NCBI GenBank assembly: GCA_039096225.1
Contig: JBBPEB010000029.1
Span: 868,001 to 932,000, forward strand
Reading direction: 5' to 3'
DNA from: Blastocystis sp. Blastoise
Lineage: Eukaryota; Protista; Bigyra: Opalinata
Length of the DNA stretch: 64,000 nt
In this document: positions 1 through 16,465 of the stretch, piece after piece
How the letters are laid out: every line of letters begins with the position of its first letter
Position numbering within the stretch: the first letter of the stretch is position 1
The notes under the pieces: generated by a model
What the model saw: only the letters and a program-made list of their open reading frames with translations
Database searches by the model: none
Told to the model about the DNA's origin: nothing
Program-made: the position numbers and the translations under genes

Positions 1-449
1 TCTGACCAGGGTAATATCCTACATGTTGACCAGGATGAAGTTGAATGCAAGCGACATTCGCAAGATCTTCATAACCTTGTCTATATATATATATGTATAT
101 AATAAATATAATAATATTAAATATAATAATATTAAACAAAACAAGCATAAACATAAACATAATAAACATAAACATAATAATAAATATCTCTTTAAGCTTT
201 CATAACTGTGACCGGTAGCTGCTGCCGCCACTCCAAACGCGCCACAAATGCTGGTGCCCTGAACACCACGGAACTCACTGTCGATTCCCGCGATATTATC
301 AGCAATAACACGCGCCTGACGATTGGCGGGACCAGCAAGAGCCAAACAGGTAGGCTTTTTAGTAATAAAATCATAAGTTTGAACAGCATCTCCCGCGGCA
401 AAAATGGCGGGATCGGAAGTACGCATGTGACTGTCAACTACTATACTAT

Positions 450-526
<77 letters not shown>

Positions 527-643
527 TCTCATGCCAAGTTCAAGACCAGCTTGTTTGGCTAATTGTGATTCGGGGGATATACCAACGGAAAGTAACGCCA
601 AATCACCATTAATAACTTGACCATCACTACATACCATCTATAT

Positions 644-692
<49 letters not shown>

Positions 693-1143
693 TATATATA
701 CTTCTAAAGAATCATCTTCCTTAGTTCTGATTTCTTTTAATCCAGTACTATATTAATAATAAACATAATAATAAATATAAATATAATAATAAACATAATA
801 TTAATAATAAACATAATAATAAATATAAACATAATAATAAATATAATATATATAATTTGTATATAAATGAACACCTTCCTTCGTGATTTGTCTCTGTAAA
901 TAATTAGCTAAATCTGTTGAGAGAATTGGAAGTACATGAGGGGCCATTTCTATTATAGATACATCTAAACCTCTATATATATATATAGATATATATTAAA
1001 TGTTTAATTATATATAAATATAACAAATAATAATATATATATAGTATACTGATGTTTAAGGTTTTCAGCCATTTCCAGCCCAATAAAGCCACCTCCCACA
1101 ATAACAGCCTTCTTAGCTTGACGATCAGCAATCCAAGACTTTA

Positions 1144-1184
<41 letters not shown>

Positions 1185-2063
1185 CTTTAATAAAAAAAGA
1201 TTAATAAAAATATAATAATACTAACATAAATAAATATAATAATACTAACATAAATAAATATAATAATATATATACTTGATTACTATCAGGAATATCACGC
1301 AGAATAAAGACGCCGGGAGCATTGACACCAGGTAATCGCGGGACAATAGGTTTAGAGCCGGGAGCTAATACCAAATAATCATAAGCTTGAGTATAAGTAT
1401 GGTATATAGAATAAAATAAAATAATAAACATAAAGAATAAAAATAAATAAAATTTATAAATAATAAAAATGATAATTATAAATATACGTATGATTTGTAT
1501 TTGCGTCTTTGACGGTAATCGTTTTATTTTCTTTATCAATAGATAATACTTCATGTTTTACACGAACATCAATGTTAAAATAACTTTTGAAAGTAGATGG
1601 AGCAGTAACGACTAAACTACTTTCCTATATATATTTAAAATATACTAATCTCAAGAATTATCACTTCATTGATCCATAGAAGATACGAATTTATAAAGAA
1701 AATAATGATATCATAATAAAAATACTTTTTCAATGACATTACCAACATAATAAGGTAAACCACAATTAGCGAAAGAGACGTAATTGCCCTTTTCAAACAT
1801 CATAATATTAGCAAATTCATCTAAACGACGAAGTCTATAGAAAATAAAACATATTTATAAAAGAAGAGTTGATTGAAGAGATATTTAGATTTTATTTATG
1901 CTTAGAATAGTCCGATACATACCTGGCAGCAGCGGAAGCACCACCAGCTACACCTCCTACAATGCATATATTCTTAACTTTAGAAACGGTTCTAAAATAA
2001 TGTTATTCATATTATCATTGCAATATACGACATAGTTCTTAATAAATTAATTCTGCTCAACAT
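1..2063 (-). CDS. cdr: CoA-disulfide reductase / NADH-dependent persulfide reductase-like flavoprotein with a putative mitochondrial/MRO targeting peptide; 3' end runs off the window; 9 introns visible
   Basis: Spliced translation: MLSRINLLRTMSTVSKVKNICIVGGVAGGASAAARLRRLDE...SFANCGLPYYVG...IVGGGFIGLEMAENL...MRTSDPAIFAAGD...ALAGPANRQAR...HPGQHVGYYPG. SFANCGLPY (redox Cys) and YYPG are CoADR-family motifs. Confidence 0.9.
451..526 (-). repeat. Intron consisting of GT(AT)35AGAG
   Basis: Read directly; exons join as LGMR|NSIVVDSHMRT. Confidence 0.85.
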
Positions 2064-2897
2064 TTACAACTAATAAAAAAAAAAATTTTTACGATCTAAT
2101 TGTAAACAAAAGAAATTTGAGCCGAAAAAGAGAACTTATTTCTGGTTATTTGGTTCCAATGGGTGGAAACTTTCATTTGTTCCCAGTCAGTTGCTTAATT
2201 TTCAATAAAAAACAGAAGAAATTGAAAATGGTTGTGTATGACATTATCAACAACATTTTTTATATGAAATAAAGCTTGTATGATGCACAGTCTATTGTTC
2301 TATCATGTAACATAAATAGAAGAACAATTTGGCCAAATATTTTTCGAAAAACTAAAAAGGACTGTTATAACGATAGTGTTTTATTTCTTTGGATGACTTC
2401 GTTATGTATGTATTCATTCCATACAAACTACGTATAACAAAGGTAAGTCTATGTCTCGCTGATACAACAAAGAAACCTGGGTTTTTTCTATATCTATTCT
2501 TCATATACGAGCATAATCCCTAGAAAAGCTTTTCTTTAGTTGTTTTTATTCTAAGGAAATCATTTTTTTCTATCATTAAAACTCTAATGTGATGGATAAT
2601 GATGAAGCTTAGGTACTAATATGTTCATGAAAGATAACAGTTGTAATTCAAAATGAATATTGAATGGTTTTTAAGTAAATGGTCAGTAATAGAAAAGAAG
2701 GAGGAGAAACAAAAATGCATCATTTGGAAAATATGATTTTTGTGAAAACTTTTCATGAATTCCCGTGAACTTGACCCACTTTTTATTCTCTTTCATTTTT
2801 GTTTTGATTGTGTCTTTTTGAAGATTATATTGTTGTATAGCATGATTTATTTTTTAAGCATTTATACATCATTTCTTCTATATTTCATCATAGCTAT

Positions 2898-4404
2898 ATG
2901 CCAAAACGTAATTTTAGTTTTCTTTTATTGTATTAATCTATTTAAACGTAGACCGACTTAATAAACTCTTATCAGCAGATAGTAATACTGTCTGGAATGT
3001 TACAATTTCTCCTGGTATGCCTTATATAACTGTTTTCTGATCGAAATAATTAACTTATTATTAATATGTTTTTAGGTTGGAATAAAAAAGAAATTCATAT
3101 ATTGCGTCTTGCTGTTATGAAATTTGGTCTTGGAAACTGGCGAAAAATTCATAGAGCAAATGTTCTTCCAGGGAAAACTGTGAATCAAATTGTTAGTGAA
3201 GTTCAACGAATGATTGGCCAACAATCATTGAAAGGTATTTCTATGTTGACATTTTATATATAACAATCTTAGAGTTTCTTAATGTTCATGCTGATCCATA
3301 TGCTATTGGAGATGATAATTCGAAAAGAAAAGATGTAAAACGAAAAAATGGGATGATTGTTAATGTTGGAAGTATTTTTTTATATTTCTTTACATTTATA
3401 TATATTTCTTAATAATATTTTAAGATATGCAATATACAGTTTATATATAATGTATTTGTAACATGTTTTTCATTAGAATTTATTTTCTATTCATTATACT
3501 TTATATATATAGAAACATTAACAAATGAAGAGTATGAAATATTACACAAATCGAATATACAAAAATATGGCCTTAGTAAAGAAGAAATTGATGCTATTGA
3601 GATTCCTGTAATCAGTCAGGAAGAATCGTCAGGCGTATACTTATTATTATATGTTTATTATGTTTATTAATGTTATATTTATTATTCTATATAGTATTAT
3701 ATATATTATTCTATATATTAGTCTATATATTATTATATTTGTTATTATATTTATTATTATATTAGTTATTATATTTATTATTATATTAGTTATTATATTT
3801 ATTATTATATTAGTTATTATATTTATTATTATATTAGTTATTATATTTATTATTATATTAGTTATTATATTTATTATTATATTAGTTATTATATTTATTA
3901 TTATATCTATTATTCTATATATTATATAATATATAATAATCATATATTATATATAGTTCTTAGAGAATGAAGAGAATATGATTATTCAACGTTCGATGAA
4001 GTTACGCAAGTTAAGTGAGTTACGTTATTCATTGTTATATCTTCAACAGAAAGATCATACTAATGCAAATAATCATGGAAATCTCGATATTCATAATAAT
4101 CTCATCTCTTTAGACAACATCAATTCGAATGTATATATATATATATATATATGATTATAATTATAATATATATTGTTCAATAGATAAAACAAAATTTATC
4201 AAATCGAAAGAAAACTATTAAAAGGTATATATATATATAATATATATATATATATTATAGATTACATTATCTCAGTGATGACGAAGATGATGATGATGAA
4301 GAAGAAGATAAAACTAACTATGTATATATATATATTAAGTATTAAATATATATATATAGATACCTCGTAATAGTAGACGCATTCGCGGTTTATCTCCCAT
4401 GTAA
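2898..4404 (+). CDS. p1 (AMTP1)-like subunit of the MTA1c/AMT1 N6-adenine DNA methyltransferase complex (HTH/Myb-like domain); 8 introns; start codon uncertain
   Basis: Spliced VWNVTISPGWNKKEIHILRLAVMKFGLGNWRKI...LPGKTVNQI...QRMIGQQSLKEF...DVKRKNGMIVNVG...NIQKYGLSKEEIDAIEIP matches my recollection of ciliate p1 (WNYxLSPGW...FGIGKW...LPGKS...QRLLGQQSL...RKNNCIINTG...YGLS). Confidence 0.8.
3740..3905. repeat. 24-bp intronic minisatellite, about 6 copies
   Basis: (GTTATTATATTTATTATTATATTA)n. Confidence 0.85.
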
Positions 4405-7313
4405 TGAAGAAGACTTCATTTTTTAAAATTACCGTGATTATTCGTAGTATTCTTCTTCGTTGTGCTTGAACCTTTATTCCTTTTTTTATTCTTATTTTTT
4501 ATTATATGTTATTAATGACCCATTCCCACGGTTTTTTCCATAATTATATGCATTATACTCTGTCCCTTATCTTTATTCTTTTTGTTTACTCTTTTTTATA
4601 CTATTTTTTTAACTCATGCCGTCTCCGCTATATATTTATATAATTTTGTATATTTTCTTATTTAAATTTCTAGAATTAATATATATAAATTAATAAAAGA
4701 ATTTTTCTATATATAGCTGTATATTTCTTTATTATTCTTATTTTTCATCCTCTTTAATCATCTTTCTATTGGATGAACTGTTTTTCCCTCCAGTCTTCTG
4801 TATTTCTATTTCCCTCCTTTTTTTCATTTTTTTTTTACCCATTTATTCACGTTTTTTTTTTCAAATTTTTATATATACATATATTCTTAAATCTTTTTTT
4901 TAAATTTATTTTTGTTTTCTTGTAACTTTGTATTTTTTTTTCTTTCTTTTCTTGAAAACCTATATATATATATATATTTCTATATTATATATATTATTTG
5001 TTCTACTAATTAATTATTAAATGTGATTTTCTCAAAAGAAAAGCCACAATTCAATAATTTCTTTTTATATATATATATAATATAATATATATATATAATA
5101 TAATATATATATATACATAGATTTTTAAAAGTATTTATACTTTATTGTTGTTTTCTCTTATATAATATGTACTATATGCAATTCTTGCACTGTTTAATTT
5201 TTTAAATTCTATATCTATATATTTATATTATTCTATTTATCGTTTTCTATTCTTAATCTTTTACTATTCATTTCTAATGAATATTTACTCTTGATATCAA
5301 ATGATCAATAATATTTTTTTAATTCTTTCTCTTTCTCTTCTGTGGGCATCATATATACATATATATATATATTACTATTATATATTATGTTCATTAACTT
5401 ACTCTTTTATAAATAAAATTAAAACAAAAATAATATGTATATATATTTTATTTTTTATTTATCTTTATCTTTTTGACAATTACTAATATATACTCTATTT
5501 CTTCTCTTCCTTCAAATACTTCTTCATATTCTCTATTTATTCTTTTTCATTTATTTATTATCCATTTAAAATTGTCTTCCATGTACTAAGCAATACGTTT
5601 ATATGCATATATATACATTTAATATAATAGATGTATATGTTAATATATATATCGATATAGATTTCTATATAATTGTTTTTTTTTGTTTTTTTTTTAAATA
5701 TTTTTGATTATTCACTTTATATATTTATATACACTATATATTTAGATATATACAAGTTAATTGAAGGATTATCACGTGATATTTTTTCTTTTCATAGATA
5801 TCTATGATAATCATTATACGTATTCTTTATGATATTGGTACTATATAATACTATATAATATTGAATTTAATATTATATGCTATTTGATTTCTATAGTCTT
5901 CAAAATAATCATAACTTTTTTATATATTATTTTTATCATATAACCTATATTCTTATATATATATACATAAATTTATCATAGTCTATCTGTGCCAGTATAT
6001 TTTCTATATATATCTATAAACATTATATATATATATATATTGCTTTTTAGCCTTCAAAAGTTTTGATTCTCTTTTTTAAATGTGATATTTCTATATCTAT
6101 TTCTCTATTCAACTTTATATATATAAATCATTTTTTTTTATTAATCTATTTTTTTTCTTTCTTCATATATTGTGTTCATATCCTTTCGTTTTTTTATTGT
6201 TATAACTTTCTCCCTCTTTCTGATATATAATATATCTTATTCTATATGAATATTCTCCAGATATTCTTTTATATACATAATCAGGCATCTATTCCGATAA
6301 GTATATATACTTCACTATTAATCATTTATTCTTTTTTTATTATATATATATATCTGTTTATTCATATTTCTATGAAAATGGAAATACTATTTTGTTCGTT
6401 ATCTATTCTATATACATTGATTTCTACTTACTTAATCATTAATTTTTGAATTTTATTTGTTTCTATAATAAATAATATTCTTTTGTATTTTTTATGCATC
6501 ATAAAGCTATATATTGTTTATTTCCCAAACACTGTACTAGTATTTTATTACTATAATTTTCATATACTCGTTTTCTAAATTATTTTTACTATTTTTTTAA
6601 GAATAAAAACTCATTATATATTTTTTCGTTTTCTCCATAATATCATAATATCATTCTTATCAATTCTATACTTAACTACTTTATTTTCTATATCATCTGT
6701 TTATATACTTTTTAAATATCCTATTTTATCATTATTTAATTTGTAAGCGTATGTACTATATTTTATTCCGACCTATCAATTTTTACTTCTATAACTTTGT
6801 TTTTCTTTATTATCGTTAGTTTTGTACTATTATTTCAATGAAACTCATCTTTAGAATGTTATATATATTGTTACATTACAATATATATTGCTATTTTTGG
6901 TGGAATTCAATTTGAATAGAAACTATTTTCCAAAACAATACAAAGAAATAAGTATTACAAACCTTACAATAATTGGAAAAAAATAGAAAAAATTAAAAAA
7001 AACTGACAATAGAAACAATATAGAGGTTTTAGAATGCTCATCAATCCGAATATAAAAATATATTTATTTTAAAAACATATATAATTTCAAGAGATACTAT
7101 AATACAAATTTTAGAGACGTTATATTCAAATATGAATACAGAATAGAGAATATATAGAGTTATAATAATGAAGAAAACATGAATTCTTCTTTATTCTTAT
7201 AGGAAGAAAGTGAATATATATATATATTAATAATAACTGCATTAAAAGAAGAAGAAGAATCTATATATGAAACAATTCAGTCATTATAAGCTCTGTCTGA
7301 AATAGTATGTCTA

Positions 7314-9000
7314 TTAGTATTCAGCATTTGTTGCTTTTATAAGTAATCGTTTAACTGTTTCATATACAGTCCACGAGAGAGCAGCCGCAGGAGCCTGTTG
7401 AAATATACGAGCTTTGGCACCCATAAAAAAGGCGCTAACACCTTCCTCACGCTATATAATATAGATAATATATATATAAAGGGTATATAATATATGTATA
7501 TAACTATATATATATACATATAAACGAGAAGCAGTTCCTACTAATCCTCTATATTGTTGTTTTTATATATATATATATATATATATTAAAAAAATTTAAA
7601 ATAATAAAAAAAAAAAAATAAAAAATAAATAAATAAAAAATGAAAATATTTTAATTAATGATTCTGTTCCAGCCGCTTGTTTGATTTCCCAATCATTTGT
7701 TTGTAATCTAGTTTTAATAACATCAAGAGGACAAGTTAAGAAAGCACTAATACCGCCAGAGAGAAAACCACTTAATAAAAATGCACCTGTATTTTATATA
7801 TATATATATATATATATATTAATGGAGTAAGAAGTATTATAAATAATAAAATAAATTATATATACAATATATATAAGATATCATAAATAGAAATATTATA
7901 AATAATAAAATAAATTATATATACAATATATATAAGATATCATAAATAGAAATATTAATAATAATAAAATAAATTATATATACAATATATATAAGATATC
8001 ATAAATAGAAATATTAATAATAATAAAATAAATAATACACATAATAATAATTATAAGATATCATAAATAGAAATATTAATAATAATAAAATAAATAATAC
8101 ACATAATAATAATTATAAGATATCATAAATAAAAACACAAATAATAATAAAATAAATAATACACATAATAATAATTATAAGATATCATAAATAAAAACAC
8201 AAATAATAATAATTAAAAAACAATATATATTATTTTTGTTTTCCTGAAGGATTGAAGATACTTTTAAAAAAGTCATTACAAGCCACAAGAATAGCACTAT
8301 TCGGTATATTCATTAATAACGTAGTAAAATAAGAAGCGTATAATGCACGAATACCATCTGTCTTAATAATAACTTTAAATGCATGCCAAGTATGTTTATA
8401 TAAACCTAATTGCATTCTTTGTTTAACACAATCTAAGGGAGTCATTATACTGTCGTGAGCTAAAGTAGCTAGAGAACCAGCTAAAGCACTTACAATCGGA
8501 TTATGTACAATCATGTTAAAAAAATATATTTATTTAATTAAAAGAATACATATTTATTTAATGAACATATATAATTTAATGTTAAATAATAATAAAATGA
8601 AATCAATAAGGATATTTTCATGTTCTTTTCCAAAAGCATGTAATGTGCCTTCATAAATACTAAAAAAGCAGGCATGAGCAGGAATACAAGCAAGAAAAGT
8701 AGGTGTCATTCCTCTCCATAATCTACGTATACCACGAACTCGAACCGAACGTTTCAAATATTCTAAGTTATTTTCATATTTTGGAGCAAAAACACGTGTG
8801 TGCATGTGATGATGTAAATCACGATGATTATTTGGTTGAGCACTAACCTTCTTGGAAGTCACAGCTACTTGCATATTTGTTCTAATAGTATCTATAGGAA
8901 AGAAAACAACATGCTCAGATATTCCAGCAGTAATACCAGCCAAACAGTGTACACCAAAAGAAACTTTTGTAGGATCACGTATTTCCCAATCGTCACTCAT
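7314..9000 (-). CDS. Mitoferrin (MRS3/4, SLC25A28/37-type mitochondrial iron carrier); 4 introns, 3 of them non-GT-AG
   Basis: Three carrier signature motifs (FPIDTIRTNMQ, TPLDCVKQRMQ, CPLDVIKTRLQ) plus the mitoferrin-type EH/HD residues, PAHA and SYFTTLLMNIP. Confidence 0.9.
7835..8212. repeat. About 60-bp intronic minisatellite, about 6 diverging copies
   Basis: Recurring TATAAGATATCATAAATA core. Confidence 0.85.
8505..8615 (-). other. U12-type AT-AC intron (mitoferrin)
   Basis: GAA A|ATATCCTT...TTTTTTAAC ATGATTGTAC|AT AAT CCG; restores the frame EHENNPIVSA. Confidence 0.9.
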
Positions 9001-9622
9001 AGTGATTTAGATAGATTTGTAAAATATAAATGTTTTAATATAATTATTTTAAATTATATCTACCTCAAATAAGGTATATATAAAGAAATAAAAAATGAAC
9101 ACTTGTTTTTTGCTTTCATCCATTTCTTTCACTTCTCCTATTTTCCCATAATTATCGATGTTTCCCCTAGTCATTTTTTATTATTTACAATTACTAAACT
9201 GTCTTTAACTTAGGTTTCATTTTTTGTGTGAATCTTTGATTTAGGTTTAAATAATGGTCATTTATCAGTTATGGTTATGTTTTTATAATAAAATGGAATC
9301 ACTGGTTCAATGAATATAAACTGATTAAAACTGTATTCTTTTTTGCAATTCTTTTGTCATCAATTTACTGTTTTGAGTCTTTTAAAATTTCATTATAATA
9401 AATATATATTTTTTGTAAATATTCTATATGATATCAAATGTAATAGGATATGTAAATTAAAAAATACAAGTTTTTTAAAAATAAATTAACAATTAGTACA
9501 ATTATTAAGATAAAAATAATAAGAAAATAAAGAATAGTAATTGTTAGAATTATTTGGAGATTTGAAACTAAGATTTGAAAAAGAGAAAAAACGAAAATGT
9601 ATTTGATTGTGAATAATTCATA

Positions 9623-13309
<3,687 letters not shown>

Positions 13310-13531
13310 TGAAATAGCAATAATAAATGCTTTTTAAAAAGAAAATGAATTTGCAAATGAAAAACGACTGATTATTTCTGAAACAAACAATCTGAACAGA
13401 ACTGAATGTGTCTAAAAACTGTGTTGACAACTGAATTTTCTCTGAAAAATACTGATTTTCTGGTTTATTGGTTTTTGTCTGATAAATTTAAATTTCGTTG
13501 TATTTGTCATATCAAGTAGTAACAAGATAAG

Positions 13532-14317
13532 ATGAGTACTGAACGAGGAAATATAAAGAGAAAGGGTCAAGCTCATCAAAATGCCTTTACTTTCAGACAT
13601 AATAAAAACTCAAAATTAACACAAAAAATTCTTGATATGCCTATTCAATCTGTTTGTGAACGATGCAAAGAGAAACTTGAATGGAAAAAGAAATATAGAA
13701 AATACAAGCCTTTAACAACTCCTGGTAAATGGTATGCTTTTATTCTACATAGTTTTTTTTATTTTTGTTTCTAATTGTTGATATATTTTGTTTTTGTAAT
13801 GCTTATTATTTCATATAGTAAGAGATGTGGTCAACGTAATGTGAAAGCTGCTTATCATGAAATCTGTAAAGACTGCTCTGAAGTATTTTTTTAGATTTTT
13901 ATTTTTTTTTAGAATTTTTTTTATATATTATTTTTTTTTAGATTTTTATTTTTTTTTTAGATTTTTATTTTTTTTTAGATTTTTATTTTTTATATATATA
14001 TTTTTTTAATTTTATTATTTTTTTAGATTTTTATTCTTCTTTATAGTGAGTAATAATAATAATAATTTAATTAATAAACCATTTTCTATGAATAAATCTA
14101 TGTTAATATATAGAAAGATCATATATGTGCAATGTGTTTGAATCCTCTTCCTGAGCGTTCACAAGAAGAAGAAGAAGAAGAAGAAATGATGAATGAAGGT
14201 ATGCCTACAGGAAAAGAGAATAAGAAGAAGAATAATAAAGAAGAAGATCTATCAGATTCAGATATGGATTTCAGTGATTATGATGATGATGAATATAATT
14301 TGGATGATCTCTATTAA
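13532..14317 (+). CDS. C9orf85: C9orf85-like (DUF2039) conserved Cys-rich protein; 2 introns
   Basis: MSTERGN...QAHQNAFTFRHNKNSK...VCERCKEKLEWKKKYRKYKPL...CKRCGQRNVKAAYHEICKDC...ICAMC, followed by an acidic tail. Confidence 0.85.
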
Positions 14318-14797
14318 TCACTTTTTATTTGTAAATGCAATGTTTTCAAGTAGATAAATCTAGTAGAATAAACAACTTTCTATTTCATTTTACATTTTGT
14401 CTTTTTGTGTTTTTTAATGTTTAAAGAATATATGTTTCTTATACATGATTTTTGTTGTTGTTGCAATTATGAATTGAAAAATAATTTACAAGAAACAGAA
14501 TAAAAATATATAAATAAAATATTTTTGTATGAAATAGTTAATAAACTAAAAAGAAAAGAGAACAATAAGAAACTTCAAAAGTCATTGATAGAAAAGAAGG
14601 CATTGTATATAAATGAACAATGAGAATAGTAAATTGTTTGTATAGAAAATAAAGACAATACAAAACAGACATTTAATTATATAAATAAATAATGAATAAC
14701 AACATCCCCTACAAATAGTATAATAAAAAAAAACACATAGATATCAAAAGCATAAATAAAATATATATAGAAACAATTGACTATGATTCATATAAAT

Positions 14798-15412
14798 TTA
14801 ATCAATAGAAGCATGATTCCTTCGATGAGGTTTACTTTTGACTCTTACAGCATTATCTATATACATTTATATATAATGAATCTGTATATTAATTTAATAT
14901 ATATAATTACCATTATTTTCTTCTTTTGAATTTTCCATTTGTTCAATTGGAACTTCAGAGACAATTTTTGTTTCAGATATGGATGTATTCTCTTCAATTT
15001 CAGTTTTGTTTTCATTGTTTACTTTCATTGCTTGAATATCTTCTTCTTCGTTTTGTGTAGTATCTGTTTCAGTTTCAGTAGCATCAGTTTTTTCTATATA
15101 TAAAGAAATTAGCCATTTAAAAATACTATCCAATGATTTTGACATGTAATATATATTTATATATGTATAAGAATATGATGGACTATTTGAATCCTTAACT
15201 AAATAACGTTTATACCTTCAGTTTCTAATTTCTTTTCTTCTAAATAGGATGTAAAATAGTTAAAACTAGCATAATGAATGCAAGTACTGAATGTAGATAT
15301 GACATAAAGAGTATATACCTTTTGCTGGTTTCATATAAAAAATAATGAGAAGAAATGTCACAAAAAAAGTAGCTCCTAAAGCCACAAAAATAGCCGTTTT
15401 GTCTCCTTCCAT
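14798..15412 (-). CDS. Small hypothetical protein with an N-terminal TM anchor and an acidic E/T-rich body; 3 introns
   Basis: MEGDKTAIFVALGATFFVTFLIIFYMKPAK|EEKKLETE...KSKPHRRNHASID*; GT-AG junctions join in frame. Confidence 0.65.
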
Positions 15413-16465
15413 GGATTGTGAATTCAAATAGATATACTTTACGAAAAATCAATAAGAACTTGATGAAAAAGTTAAAGAATATATTACACAATTATAAAAT
15501 AGTAATAACCACGGTAATTCTTTTTTTTTTTGAAAAGAAGAATCCAGGGGTAAATTTATGTTATACGGGGTACTAATGGGTTAAAAATGTAAATACCCCC
15601 ATGAGTATTGTCTGAATTATTCTTATTTTTGTTTTTTTACTTAAAAAATCTCTAAAATGATTTTCATGAAAGAAAAGAAAGGTATTGGATGTTTATTCAT
15701 GATACTGTTCTCATTTCTTCGGTTTCTACATGACATAATGAAACTAGAAATAAATGAATAATTATCATATATTAGAAACAGTTAAAGCATTTGAGATTTC
15801 ATTTTAACATATTGAACTATGGAGAGAATCATCTATTTATCTAATTAAATTATTTAGAGAAATAAAACTCATGAATTGTTTTTTGTTTTTATGATATTTA
15901 TTGATTATAGAATGTATATACTTATTCTATTAGTAGTATTTGATCACTTGAGACTAGTAATATATATATATCTTTTATTTTTTGATTAAAAAATCATTAA
16001 AAACATAAAAAAAAATGAAATAATTATGCTAATGTTGATGTGTCTTTTTCATTTTTTGAAAGATATAGGGTCATTTTTATTCAATTTAAATCCTTTTTAA
16101 ATCTATGGATAATGGTGTCTAATAGCATATTTATAATCAAAAAGGTTTATTTATTGATTATCGATAATATAATAGAAAAACAATTAAAAGGCAAACAAAA
16201 AAAGAGATTCAATAATAAAGTTATAAACATAAAAAACTATATAGCTAAACAAAAAATAAATCAAAAAATAAAGAATATATATATATGAATAAATATATGA
16301 ATACAATTGAAATAGAACTATAGAGAATCACAAGTAAAGAAAAAATAAAATAAAGAAATAAAAAAATATATTATTAAAAAAGTATTCCAATAGTAATAAA
16401 TGAATACATAATATATATTGATTATTGTTTACATATATAATACTATATATATATATGATTATTGT

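Noticed and set aside
4405-7313. Short ORFs in the long spacer (5301-5486, 6246-6449)
   Set aside because: Low-complexity I/Y/F/L composition typical of AT-rich non-coding DNA, probably 3' UTR or intergenic.
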